DNA of 64,000 nt from Promethearchaeota archaeon (GTDB lineage: Archaea; Asgardarchaeota; Lokiarchaeia; Sigyniarchaeales; SOKP01), in NCBI GenBank assembly GCA_013375475.1, contig JABXKD010000001.1, forward strand, positions 1-64,000, given 5' to 3'. Every line of letters starts with the position of its first letter. Within the stretch, counting starts at the first letter, position 1. Below, in pieces: positions 1 to 9,647 of the stretch. A program made the position numbers and the translations under genes. The notes under the pieces are model-generated. The model had not been told where the DNA came from and did not search any database. It worked only from the letters and a program-made list of their open reading frames with translations.

Positions 1-1
1 A

Positions 2-1357
2 AAAAACAAACTAGATGGGTACAAGTTCTACCCGTGGCTCAATCAAGACATGTTCGCTCCCATCGAGGATGAGCTATTCATAGATTTTGCCATCTACGGG
101 TTCGAGCAAAAAAGAAAGGGATTTAACTTCTATAAAGCGCTAGAAGAAAAGGTTCATGAGCTCAGGGGAATGAAAACCCTGATAACTCACAATTTCTACG
201 AGGAAGACTTGTTCTGGAAGATATATAACCAGGAATTTTACGATAAAGTGAAAGAACGAACGGATCCCAAGAACCTATTTCGAAACTTGTACGAAAAGAC
301 GAATTATAAGAAAAAGACTGAAAAAACTGAAAAGACGAAAAGACTGAAGGTAGGTATACCACGTTCCTTGTATTTCTACAAGTATTTTCCATTATGGGAA
401 GGTATGCTTACAAGTCTTGGTTGCGAAGTTATTGTGAGTCCAGAAACAAACAAAGAAATTCTTACAAACGGATCTAATCAATCTGCAACCGATTTATGCA
501 TTCCAGTCAAGATTCATTATGGTCACGTGAATTATTTATCGAGAAATCACCCCGATCTAGATTTTATATTTGTTCCAAGACTCATTAGTAGTAGTAAAGA
601 TCATTATTATTGTCCGAAATTCCTGATCCTTCCAGATGTCACTCAACACTCAGCAGTTTCTAATATTCCCGTTATTGAATGGATTTTTAATACCAGGGAA
701 CAATCAATGATGAAATCAGCAATAGATTTTGGAAAAACATTAGATAAATCAAAAGAAGAATCAAAACTTGCATACGAGAATGGAAATAAAAAACTTGAAG
801 AATTCCATGAGTTGATTGAGGATGGAATTCTTGTTCCTGATGCACTTTCCAAAATGTATCCTCTTGAAAAATATCCAAATTATAAGTTTAAGAAAAAATT
901 TCGGGCTAAACTTAACAAAGATTATGAAAATTATCCACTTTCATTAATGGTTCTTGGTCATCCATACAATACTTATGAATCAATTATTAATCATGGATTA
1001 ATGGATATTCTCAAATCTAATTTTGTTGATGTTGTAACTGTTGAAAATGCTCCAAAGGAAATCTTCTCAAGAAGAGTTGAAATTGATGATAATCTTTGCA
1101 ATTTCTGGGATAATGAAGATGAATTGATGCAATTATCTGATTACGTTATCAATAATAAAGAGATTGATGGGGGTATTTTCTTGATTTCCTTCGCATGTGG
1201 TCCTGATTCTTTAATTCAAGAATTGGTAATGCAAGACTTTGACATGAAAGATAAGCCTTATATAGATCTCACATTAGATGAACACACGGGAGAATCTCAA
1301 ATAACTACAAGAGTAGAATCTTTTGTCGAAATGATAAGGAGGAAGAAATACAAATGA
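2..1357 (+). CDS. 5'-partial fusion: C-terminus of a FAD-binding oxidoreductase (DHCR24/Rv3719-like) joined to a DUF2229 acyl-CoA dehydratase activase-related subunit
   Basis: Frame is open from base 2 (KNKLDGYKFYPWLNQDMF...). LEEKVHELRGMKTL..NFYEE..FW..Y...FYDKVK..TDP.NLFRNLYEK resembles the DHCR24-like C-terminus. A K/T/E linker is followed by KVGIPRSLYFYKYFPLW, LCIPVKIHYGHV, CPKF, GHPYN, SFACGPDS and LDEHTGE..ITTRVESF. Confidence 0.75.
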   Translation, partial: KNKLDGYKFYPWLNQDMFAPIEDELFIDFAIYGFEQKRKGFNFYKALEEKVHELRGMKTLITHNFYEEDLFWKIYNQEFYDKVKERTDPKNLFRNLYEKTNYKKKTEKTEKTKRLKVGIPRSLYFYKYFPLWEGMLTSLGCEVIVSPETNKEILTNGSNQSATDLCIPVKIHYGHVNYLSRNHPDLDFIFVPRLISSSKDHYYCPKFLILPDVTQHSAVSNIPVIEWIFNTREQSMMKSAIDFGKTLDKSKEESKLAYENGNKKLEEFHELIEDGILVPDALSKMYPLEKYPNYKFKKKFRAKLNKDYENYPLSLMVLGHPYNTYESIINHGLMDILKSNFVDVVTVENAPKEIFSRRVEIDDNLCNFWDNEDELMQLSDYVINNKEIDGGIFLISFACGPDSLIQELVMQDFDMKDKPYIDLTLDEHTGESQITTRVESFVEMIRRKKYK

Positions 1358-2385
1358 TTGAACCAGAATTTATCAAGAATATTCTTACAGATGATATGGA
1401 CGACAAGTTATTTCTAGGAATCGATGTCGGAAGTGTCTCCACGAAATGTGCAATAATTAATGAGAGAAATGAATTATTGTTTGCTACTTGGACCAGAAAT
1501 GATGGTTCTCCCATTGTTTCTACACAAGAAAATCTAAAATACATGGAAGAAGTCCTTCCCGATAACATTGAAAAAAGTATTTGTGGTGTTGGGACAACAG
1601 GTTCTGCTAGGTATTTAATAAAAGCTCTTATCGGTGCAGATGTAGCAAGACCTGAAATAATTGCTCATGCAATTGGGGCTTCAACTTATACCCCTGACGT
1701 GAGAACAATTCTTGAAATCGGGGGACAGGACAGTAAAGTTATATTGATGAAAAATGGCATCGTAACAGATTTTAACATGAATAGTGTTTGTGCTGCCGGA
1801 ACTGGCTCTTTTCTAGATCACCAAGCAGTTCGGATCAAGGTTCCAATTGAGGAATTTGGGGATTATGCTCTTCGGGCAGAAGAGGAGGTTTCAATCGCAG
1901 GACGATGCACAGTTTTTGCCGAATCTGATATGATCAGTAAACAACAAGAAGGGTATTCTAAAGAATCAATTATCAAGGGATTGTGTAAAGCTCTTGTTAG
2001 AAACTACTTGAATAATGTGTGCAAGGGTAAAAAACTGGAACCTCCTTTCGTATTCCAGGGAGGAGTCGCAGCTAATTCTGGAATAAAAAATGCTTTTGAA
2101 GAAGAATTGGGGCATGAAATCATTATTCATGAAAACTATTATGTGATGGGAGCATTTGGTTCAGCTATTTTGGCAAAGGAACATGTAAATGGACAGATAT
2201 CTTCTTTTCATGGCCTAAAAGTAAGTGAAATGAACTTGGCTCCAGGTTCTTTTGGCTGTGTTGATTGTGCAAATAGATGTACAATTAAATACCTTGTCAG
2301 ACAAGAAGATAAAAGTAGAGTAACTGGAAGAGAAAAGGATGATGCAATATTTGCGCGATGGAATAGTAGGTGCGGTAAATGGTAA
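1354..2385 (+). CDS. acyl-CoA dehydratase activase (HgdC/BadF-BcrA/D ASKHA ATPase, [4Fe-4S])
   Basis: GIDVGSVSTK, EIGGQDSK, MNSVCAAGTGSFLD, RCTVFAESD, FQGGVAAN; C-terminal CxxCxNxC...RCGKW; ATGA-type overlap with the upstream gene. Confidence 0.92.
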   Translation: MIEPEFIKNILTDDMDDKLFLGIDVGSVSTKCAIINERNELLFATWTRNDGSPIVSTQENLKYMEEVLPDNIEKSICGVGTTGSARYLIKALIGADVARPEIIAHAIGASTYTPDVRTILEIGGQDSKVILMKNGIVTDFNMNSVCAAGTGSFLDHQAVRIKVPIEEFGDYALRAEEEVSIAGRCTVFAESDMISKQQEGYSKESIIKGLCKALVRNYLNNVCKGKKLEPPFVFQGGVAANSGIKNAFEEELGHEIIIHENYYVMGAFGSAILAKEHVNGQISSFHGLKVSEMNLAPGSFGCVDCANRCTIKYLVRQEDKSRVTGREKDDAIFARWNSRCGKW

Positions 2386-3713
2386 ATGTTAGACTTGCAT
2401 TTTCACGCATGGGTTGGAGCTATATTTTTTTCAAAGGTTTATTCTATGATCTTCCTGGTATTGAAGTTGTTGAACCCCCTCTAGTAAACACTGAAATCGT
2501 TAGTGATGGAGTTAAAGTTTCTCCTGAATTCGTTTGCTTTCCTTTTAAAGTCATTCTTGGTGAAATGATAAACCTGTATCGTAATTATGATGTTAAAGAT
2601 TTTGCGATGATTGCTGACTACGGCCCCTGTCGAGCAGGAATCTATGCTGTTGTCCAGAAAAGAATCCTGAAAAACATGGGATTCAAAGATGTTAGTATGT
2701 TTTATCTGCGTCAAGATGATTTTAGAAATCTTGAATGGCTAAGGATATTTCGTGATTTAGAAGAAAGAACAGGAACAAAAATCGATGACTATAAAGTTGT
2801 AAGAAACACACTCTTGTTCTTGGTCAAAGCATACTATGTTGAAAGAATAACCCATATTGAAGGACTTGTTAGATGTCGAGAAAAAAACAAAGCGATGACT
2901 ACCAAAGTAGTTCATACTTTGATGAATTTACTTGATAACGAAAATAATTTGATGAAATTATCTAATTTTGAAAGAACGATTGATGAACATTTTCGCAAGA
3001 TTCCTATTGACAAGGAAATGGAACCTTTGAGGGTTTGTTATACTGGGGAAATCCAAGTCATGTTGGAGAAATGGGTTAATTATGATATGATGGGAGAATT
3101 AGGCGTTATGGGTATCGAGGTTCACAAGCAGTATGATGTTTTTGATTGGGTCATGTACAAACTTGACGCCAGCAAGCGAAGAAGACGGCTTGAACATAGT
3201 GCAAGAAAGTATATTCCAATGGATATAGGTGGTGAAGCAGTATGGAACATGGGAAGTTATCTTGAATCTCAAGGAAAAGGTTTTGATGGTTTTGTCCATG
3301 TATTCCCGTTTACTTGTCTCCCCGAAATATCCTTCATGGGAATGTTAGAAGCTGAGAAAAACATGGACAAGTTTTACATGCCCCACATTCATTTTAGTCT
3401 TGATGGAAGTTCAGGTTTCGAAGGACTTAGAACAAGAATCGAGGCGTTTCACGATTTAATGGTTGGCAACAAGAAATCTAATCCCTTGTTTAGAGATGTC
3501 AAGTATGAGGTCCCGGATGAAATAAAAAATATATATTTTAAGCCGAAATCCAATTTTGAATATTTCGTGTCTAGTATTAAAAAACCAATGTCAATAGTTT
3601 TAACAATGCTGAATCCATCAAAGAAATTAGACGTAGGATTCGCCGTTAAGAATGGACTCGAGTTTTTTTCAAGAAATTCGTTTTTTGGTATCGGATCTCT
3701 TTTTAAAAACTAA
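2379..3713 (+). CDS. DUF2229/2-hydroxyacyl-CoA dehydratase-like (PlsR-like) subunit
   Basis: SPEFVCFPFK, GPCRAGIY, TGEI, IGGEA, PFTCLPE, GLRTRIEAFHDL. Confidence 0.82.
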   Translation: MVNVRLAFSRMGWSYIFFKGLFYDLPGIEVVEPPLVNTEIVSDGVKVSPEFVCFPFKVILGEMINLYRNYDVKDFAMIADYGPCRAGIYAVVQKRILKNMGFKDVSMFYLRQDDFRNLEWLRIFRDLEERTGTKIDDYKVVRNTLLFLVKAYYVERITHIEGLVRCREKNKAMTTKVVHTLMNLLDNENNLMKLSNFERTIDEHFRKIPIDKEMEPLRVCYTGEIQVMLEKWVNYDMMGELGVMGIEVHKQYDVFDWVMYKLDASKRRRRLEHSARKYIPMDIGGEAVWNMGSYLESQGKGFDGFVHVFPFTCLPEISFMGMLEAEKNMDKFYMPHIHFSLDGSSGFEGLRTRIEAFHDLMVGNKKSNPLFRDVKYEVPDEIKNIYFKPKSNFEYFVSSIKKPMSIVLTMLNPSKKLDVGFAVKNGLEFFSRNSFFGIGSLFKN

Positions 3714-3767
3714 TTTACATGTTATTTCAATTATATAAATGAACATCTTGAAAGAGAGTTTAATTTA

Positions 3768-3812
3768 TCATACGATTGATAATCTGTTTATAATTGGTAA
3801 ATTTTTATTTTA
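3768..3812 (+). repeat. 45-bp direct repeat, copy A (TCATAC-N22-GGTAAATT-TTTATTTTA)
   Basis: tcatacgattgataatctgtttataattggtaaatttttatttta; 44/45 identical to copy C at 5643-5687. Confidence 0.9.
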
Positions 3813-3983
3813 AATTGTGTTCTTTTGTTTAAATAATCACTTAAGTAAAATAGGAAGTGTAAATATTACATTCCCCTTTGTCATTAAACCAATATAAATT
3901 AAATGGACATTTTAGTTAGAGCAATAGACATAAATGTAAGACGAAAAATTTAAATAGTGTTGGATGCTGAGGCTGAGCGTAAA

Positions 3984-4005
3984 TTTAAATATCATCTAAG
4001 ATGAT
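3984..4005 (+). promoter_or_regulatory. TATA-like box with adjacent 7-1-7 palindrome upstream of the 4045 gene
   Basis: TTTAAATA at 3984-3991 overlaps ATCATCT-A-AGATGAT (3991-4005), 40 bp before the ATG. Confidence 0.35.
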
Positions 4006-4044
4006 TGAGATTTAATGATAAAAATTTAGCAGTGAGGATATTTT

Positions 4045-5217
4045 ATGAATTCAAGATCTCGTCAAAATTTGCAGAAAATGTTTTTAATGTTGGTAATTTT
4101 ATGTCTGATTTTTCCATTGGGTAGTCTAGTTCTAAATACTCCAAGTTTCCAATCAAATAAATACACAGAAGAAGACCAGAGTGAAAAACTTCACATATCT
4201 GCTATGACTAATCTTAATCATGATGAGTGGGAAGAAACACATGGTTCAGCGAATGATTATATTTTCTGGAGCTTTTCTACTTCACCATCGCAGGTAATCA
4301 ATGTATGGGTATTAACTTCTTCTGAATATTCGTCTTTTATTTCTTCAGGTTTTGCTACAGGGTATCATCAAACAACGAGTGCTAGTGGTTCTGGTAGTTT
4401 TGATGTTTCTTCTTATTTGAAACAAACTTGGTACGTACTTTTTTGGAACGATGAATCTGGAAGTCAATCTACAACACTCTCTTATTTCGTTTATTTTCAT
4501 GATGATACACTCACACCCGATATAACCGTTACTGAGCCAACTTCTTCATCGAATTACGTAAGAGATAGAGATTATACTGTTAGATGGACAAGTATTAGTG
4601 CTGGAGTTGCCGTAAAAATTGAATTATTTAAAGAAAATTTATTTTATTCAACTTTAGTAACAAACACTCGCAATGATGGACAAGAACTTGTTCATATTCC
4701 CTCATCGTGTCTTGAGAGCTCTAATTATAGCATAAAAATAACCAGTATTTCGTATCCTGTTTTTGGTTTTAGTGCAAACTTTACAATCCAACCATATAAA
4801 TATTGTAGAGTTATTTCTCCAGATTTAGGTGAAGTTTATAAACCTGGAGATGTAATACCTATAACTTGGGAAACTAATTGCCAAAGTACAGAGGTAGAAA
4901 TTGAACTAAAAACATTTGATGATTGGGATTATATATATTATATTGATATGAATGCTCTTAATAATGGTAATTATAATTGGACTATTACAGCACAAGATTT
5001 ACCTGAGACTGAGAGGTGGTTTTTTATCACTGTTCGACCAACGGATTGTACCGCAAATATTACTGCTAGTAGGTTTTTTACAATACAAAAACCTCCTACA
5101 ATTCCTACAATTCCTAGTTATAATGTATCAATTGTAATTTGGACAGGAATTTGGATTACTATAGCAGCAATTATTTTTATAAAAAAGAAGTACCATAACA
5201 AATGTATTGTTATATAA
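4045..5217 (+). CDS. secreted, membrane-anchored surface protein with two Ser/Thr-rich Ig-like (Kre9/GPI-anchored family-like) domains and a Loki-CTERM-like tail
   Basis: N-terminal hydrophobic segment; two ITVTEP..Y.VRW / VISP..GEVY.PGD.I.ITW...NNGNYNW units; IPSY motif followed by a TM helix and KKK. Confidence 0.7.
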   Translation: MNSRSRQNLQKMFLMLVILCLIFPLGSLVLNTPSFQSNKYTEEDQSEKLHISAMTNLNHDEWEETHGSANDYIFWSFSTSPSQVINVWVLTSSEYSSFISSGFATGYHQTTSASGSGSFDVSSYLKQTWYVLFWNDESGSQSTTLSYFVYFHDDTLTPDITVTEPTSSSNYVRDRDYTVRWTSISAGVAVKIELFKENLFYSTLVTNTRNDGQELVHIPSSCLESSNYSIKITSISYPVFGFSANFTIQPYKYCRVISPDLGEVYKPGDVIPITWETNCQSTEVEIELKTFDDWDYIYYIDMNALNNGNYNWTITAQDLPETERWFFITVRPTDCTANITASRFFTIQKPPTIPTIPSYNVSIVIWTGIWITIAAIIFIKKKYHNKCIVI

Positions 5218-5358
5218 TATTAAACTAAGCTTAAACTCTCCACTAAAAGGTTTTATTTGGAATTTTTTTATTTTTTTTCTTTTTATTTGATACTTTAAAA
5301 CCTACCGCAGTCGAAGAAGTTGAGTAAAAAAGAGATGAATTAAGGAGTGTATAAACAT

Positions 5359-5403
5359 TCATACTTTTGCGATTATGTTTGAAATGGGTAAATTTATATT
5401 TTA
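5359..5403 (+). repeat. 45-bp direct repeat, copy B (diverged)
   Basis: tcatacttttgcgattatgtttgaaatgggtaaatttatatttta; ungapped 35/45 to copy A and 37/45 to copy D (hand count). Confidence 0.7.
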
Positions 5404-5642
5404 AATTTAGAAATAAATTTCTCAAATAGGATAGATTTTAGAATCTGGATATCGTGATCCATTAAACTCCTCTAAATAAATAAAATCTCGCAGATATTGT
5501 GAAATAACACCAAACTCTATAAAATTCGTCTTAAAACGCTCTAGCCCTTTCAAAGGATTATTAATAAATAAAGTTTTTATTATTAAGTAAAAAATTAGGC
5601 AGTAGAAATTATTAATCTTTACTGAGGTTTTTAATAAAAGAG

Positions 5643-5687
5643 TCATACGATTGATAATCTGTTTATAATGGGTAAATTTTTATTTTA
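5643..5687 (+). repeat. 45-bp direct repeat, copy C
   Basis: tcatacgattgataatctgtttataatgggtaaatttttatttta; one mismatch to copy A. Confidence 0.9.
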
Positions 5688-5753
5688 GAGTGAGTTATTT
5701 GATTTCATAGGTTTGATCAAATACTTGACTAGGTAAAATTTCTTAGAATTAAG

Positions 5754-6944
5754 ATGTTAATTTCCTTCCCTAATATGGGCCCCAATTGGGTCGCCTTTAA
5801 AACACTCTTTACAAGCCTTGATTTAGATGTGGTCGTTCCTGATCCCACAAATCGTGAGGCAATCAAAATCGGCGTTAAGCATTCTCCAGAGTTCGTTTGT
5901 TTTCCATTCAAGGCGACAATAGGGGATTTTGTAAACGCAATTGAGAAAGGAGCAGATACATTAGTCATGGCGATTGACTGTGGACCTTGTAGGTTCGGAT
6001 TTTATGCTTCCGTGCAGGAGAGAATTCTAAAGGATATGGGATATAAGAATATAACATTAATACCCCTTGACCAGGCCGACCTGCTTGAATTTCACTGGGT
6101 AAAAACCCTCCAAGAAGTAAGTGGTAGGAGAGATTTATTCATTTATTCTAAATTTGTAAAAGCAATCATCTTTTTCTTAAAAAAAGCCAAACTCTTAAAC
6201 GATATGCAGACAGCTGAGGGTGTGTTTCGAGCTTACGAGCGAAATCAAGGAGATACAACAAAGATTTTTATCAATTTGTTAACTAAACTTGACGAAGCTA
6301 ACACACTCCCAGAGCTGAGAAAATTCAAGAAGGTAATCAAAGAAGACTTTAATAGTCTCGATATTGATAAATCTCTAAGTCCTTTAAAGGTTGGACTTTC
6401 GGGTGAGATTCACATTAGTTTAGAACCTTATGTGAACCTTGATATTAGAAGGAAATTAGGTGAAATGCAAATTGAAATTCATCAATCTCTAAGCCTTTAT
6501 GATTGGGTTGTGCACAAATTTCACCTTAATTATCACAGAAAATGGTTGGAGCATCTTTCGCGTCCCTATATGCCCATGGACATTGGCGGTGAGGCGCAAT
6601 GGGTTTTAGGAGAATATATCGATAAGGCTCAAGCGGGTTTTGACGGCTTTGTACACGAATATCCGTTCTTGTGTATGCCAGAAGTGACTGCTCGAACCAT
6701 TATTACAAACAAGCTTAAAAAAATTTACGACCTTCCTATAATATATTTCTCTTTCGATGAACAGAGTGGTATGGAAGGATTCCGAACTCGTCTGGAAGCA
6801 TTTAGTGACTTAATGCATGGTCGTAGGAATAAAGAAATTAAAAATAATGCCAAATTTAAGTCAAATGGCAACAAAAAGATTTATCCTCACTACGGCGACA
6901 CTTTCTATAACGAGTGCTTTCAAATCATACAGAATTCGGCTTAA
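5754..6944 (+). CDS. DUF2229/2-hydroxyacyl-CoA dehydratase-like (PlsR-like) subunit, paralog of 2379-3713
   Basis: SPEFVCFPFK, CGPCRFGFY, SGEIH, MDIGGEA, PFLCMPE, FDEQSG.EGFRTRLEAF. Confidence 0.85.
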   Translation: MLISFPNMGPNWVAFKTLFTSLDLDVVVPDPTNREAIKIGVKHSPEFVCFPFKATIGDFVNAIEKGADTLVMAIDCGPCRFGFYASVQERILKDMGYKNITLIPLDQADLLEFHWVKTLQEVSGRRDLFIYSKFVKAIIFFLKKAKLLNDMQTAEGVFRAYERNQGDTTKIFINLLTKLDEANTLPELRKFKKVIKEDFNSLDIDKSLSPLKVGLSGEIHISLEPYVNLDIRRKLGEMQIEIHQSLSLYDWVVHKFHLNYHRKWLEHLSRPYMPMDIGGEAQWVLGEYIDKAQAGFDGFVHEYPFLCMPEVTARTIITNKLKKIYDLPIIYFSFDEQSGMEGFRTRLEAFSDLMHGRRNKEIKNNAKFKSNGNKKIYPHYGDTFYNECFQIIQNSA

Positions 6945-7167
6945 TTATTCTAAAATCATATTTCAAGGACAATTTTTATTGATATTTATTTTATCGGTTT
7001 TTTCTCATTCAATGATACTAAATTAAGACTAAAAAAGATATTATTCTGTTACAATTATTATAGGTTAGGAGAGAAATTAATATGCAACTGATTAATATAA
7101 ATTAATAGATAAAAATTTTCAATATAGGAAATAAGAAGGAGTAAAAAATTATAAGTATAGTAAACAC

Positions 7168-8904
7168 ATGATAACTAACATCATAATAAAAGGTTTTCGA
7201 GGTATTTCAAATAAATTAGAAATAAATCTTGAAAAAGAAAACCAGAAAAAATCCGCATCATTAATCATTTTTGGAGATAATGGAACAGGGAAGTCATCGA
7301 TAATTGATGCTATTGAAATTTGTCTTGTAGGCAAAATCAATAACAGAAGATTTCAATATTTAAAAACCAGATCTAATTCATATATAAATTTTAATCAGAA
7401 AGAATCAGAAATCATTATTGAATTGAATGATGGGAGTATCCATCACCAGATCATTAAGAAAGAAGAAAATAACACTATAGTATTAAGTTCGCTTCCACAT
7501 AAACTTTTTAGTTTAGCTCCTTTTATTTTAAGGAGATCAGACATTTTAAGATTTTGGAATACCCCTATGTATCGAAGACAAATTACAATATATAAATTCT
7601 TAAATAATATCTCTAAAAAAGAGGAGAAAATTGAAGAAATTGAATTGGAATGTTTAAAATTTGATAACGCTTTAAAGGAAATCCAAAAAGAAAATCTGGA
7701 TTTAATCTTAAATTTTAAGAGCATATGTAAGGTTGATGATGAGACACTAAAGAAAAAACATCATTCTTCTTCTTTTATGAGATTTATTGAGAAACATTAT
7801 GATTTCGAAAAAAAAATGTTAAAAGAAAAATCAATTTTTAAGAATATTGAAGGGATTGAAAAAAAAATTGAAATAGTATCTAATAAATTATCAGAAAATC
7901 AAAAAAAAATTGAAAAACTGAGAAAAAAAAGTAAGAAAATATTTTATATCTGGAGAGGAAAAAGACTTGCAAAAGATGAATTGGTTGAGGAATTAAATCA
8001 AATAGGAAAGTATGTCACTAAAGCATTCTTTAAAATTTTTAAAATATATGATTTCATAAGTGAAATTAAATTTATATTTGGGAAAAAGACTGAACGTTCA
8101 TTGCAGATTCTAGTTAGTACCAAAGATGGGATTATGTTTAATCCAACCGATTTTTTTAGTGAAGGTATGTTAGATTTAATATCTTTCCTAATTTTTCTAA
8201 GCTTAATAAAAAAATCTTCTGAAAGGGGGTTACCAAAAGTTTTAATAATTGATGATGCATTGAATAGTATTGACTCATCATTCCAGGTCCTATTAATGGA
8301 CTTTATTCTTAAGGAATTTTCTGATTGGCAGTTGATATTTGTGGTTCATAATCAACTATGGTTTGAGCAACTATCTCACTTATTTAATATAAATAAACAT
8401 AAATTTAAACAATTGGAACTTACTGATTGGTGTTATGATGATGGACCTTCATATATTACGGATATTGACTCAAGTTTGAGATCAAGTCTAAAAGATTGTT
8501 TATCTTCGGGTAATAATATAAAAATCTGTTCACTTTCGGGACTATTATTGGAAAAGAGTTGTCATGAATTGAGTTTTAGATTACCTATAAGTTTAATAAG
8601 AAAACAAAGAGATAAATATACTTTAGGTGATTTGTGGCCAAGTATTTACAAAAATTTAAAAAATACAAACCTAGAAAACATAATAAACTGCGTAAATATA
8701 TGGATAGTGACTCGGAACTTAATTGGAGCTCATTATAATAAATGGGCTTTGTCTCTCTCAAAGAATGAAGCGAAAGAATTTGGTGAATCAATATTAGCAT
8801 TATATGAATCAATCAAATGTGATCTTTGCTTCCGTTTCATTGAAATAGATACAAGTCTTGACAATAAGTGGAGATGCCGATGCGGAAATATAAAAATCTT
8901 TTAA
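7168..8904 (+). CDS. SMC/Rad50-like ABC ATPase with C-terminal HEPN-like domain and Zn finger (RloC-like, putative defence protein)
   Basis: IKGFRG, Walker A GDNGTGKS, coiled coil, FSEG signature, Walker B LIIDD, H-loop VVH, RNLIGAH (Rx5H), CDLC...CRC; very AT-rich. Confidence 0.7.
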   Translation: MITNIIIKGFRGISNKLEINLEKENQKKSASLIIFGDNGTGKSSIIDAIEICLVGKINNRRFQYLKTRSNSYINFNQKESEIIIELNDGSIHHQIIKKEENNTIVLSSLPHKLFSLAPFILRRSDILRFWNTPMYRRQITIYKFLNNISKKEEKIEEIELECLKFDNALKEIQKENLDLILNFKSICKVDDETLKKKHHSSSFMRFIEKHYDFEKKMLKEKSIFKNIEGIEKKIEIVSNKLSENQKKIEKLRKKSKKIFYIWRGKRLAKDELVEELNQIGKYVTKAFFKIFKIYDFISEIKFIFGKKTERSLQILVSTKDGIMFNPTDFFSEGMLDLISFLIFLSLIKKSSERGLPKVLIIDDALNSIDSSFQVLLMDFILKEFSDWQLIFVVHNQLWFEQLSHLFNINKHKFKQLELTDWCYDDGPSYITDIDSSLRSSLKDCLSSGNNIKICSLSGLLLEKSCHELSFRLPISLIRKQRDKYTLGDLWPSIYKNLKNTNLENIINCVNIWIVTRNLIGAHYNKWALSLSKNEAKEFGESILALYESIKCDLCFRFIEIDTSLDNKWRCRCGNIKIF

Positions 8905-9647
8905 ATTTAAATGCGGTATCTAACTCATGGATAGATATCAGGTTATGATTAAATCCGAAATAATTTTCGAATAAAAAAATCCTACTACTGATGAGGAGAT
9001 CGGTCAAAATAATGATAAAGTATGGAATGTATAAAGATTATATAAATATATATATATCCTTCCTAATTTAATAGAATATAAGGAGATTCAGATATTATTC
9101 AGAAATATTAATAATATTAGTGAATATTAATAATTTTGAAATGAACAGTGAAAACAGTATTAAAAAGGATATATATGAACCTTTAAATAAAGATTTATTA
9201 AAGTTTATTAAGTTTATTGCAGAGAAGACTAAATTTGATTATTAACTATTTTTATAATGGAATGATAAATATCGTTTATATCTGGCAAATTAGAACGTAT
9301 AAAATGGATTTTATCAAGGTAAACAATACTATTGTTTTCAAGGTCAATCTTTTGTAAGAGATTTTGATTTCTCTTTTATGTCTTTTATTATAAAATAGTC
9401 TTCCATTAAATATCTTCGAATTATAGATTTTAAGCTTGGTTTAAATTTGTTTTTATTTCTTTTCCATCACAATCAAATGCTTACTTACAACTTGTCTAAT
9501 AGTTAGGAGAATTTAGGCTACGAGTATTAACCTATGAGACTCTTTAAATATTTTTAACAATATTTATATATGAATTAATAATTTGTTGATGTATTGTGTA
9601 TTTTCATATGCACAAAATTACTAAGTAAAAAATTAAAGGTCAAAAAT

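Noticed and set aside
5243-5646. Minus-strand ORFs of 60 and 74 aa between the repeats
   Set aside because: Low-complexity translations that overlap repeats B and C; no support as genes.
8950-9005. CGAAA ... CTGATGAG as a hammerhead ribozyme core
   Set aside because: Stems I and III cannot be formed convincingly, and stem II would be only about 3 bp.
9141-9245. 34-aa ORF MNSENSIKK... and nearby short AATATTAATAAT repeats
   Set aside because: Too short, no motif, and expected by chance in very AT-rich DNA.
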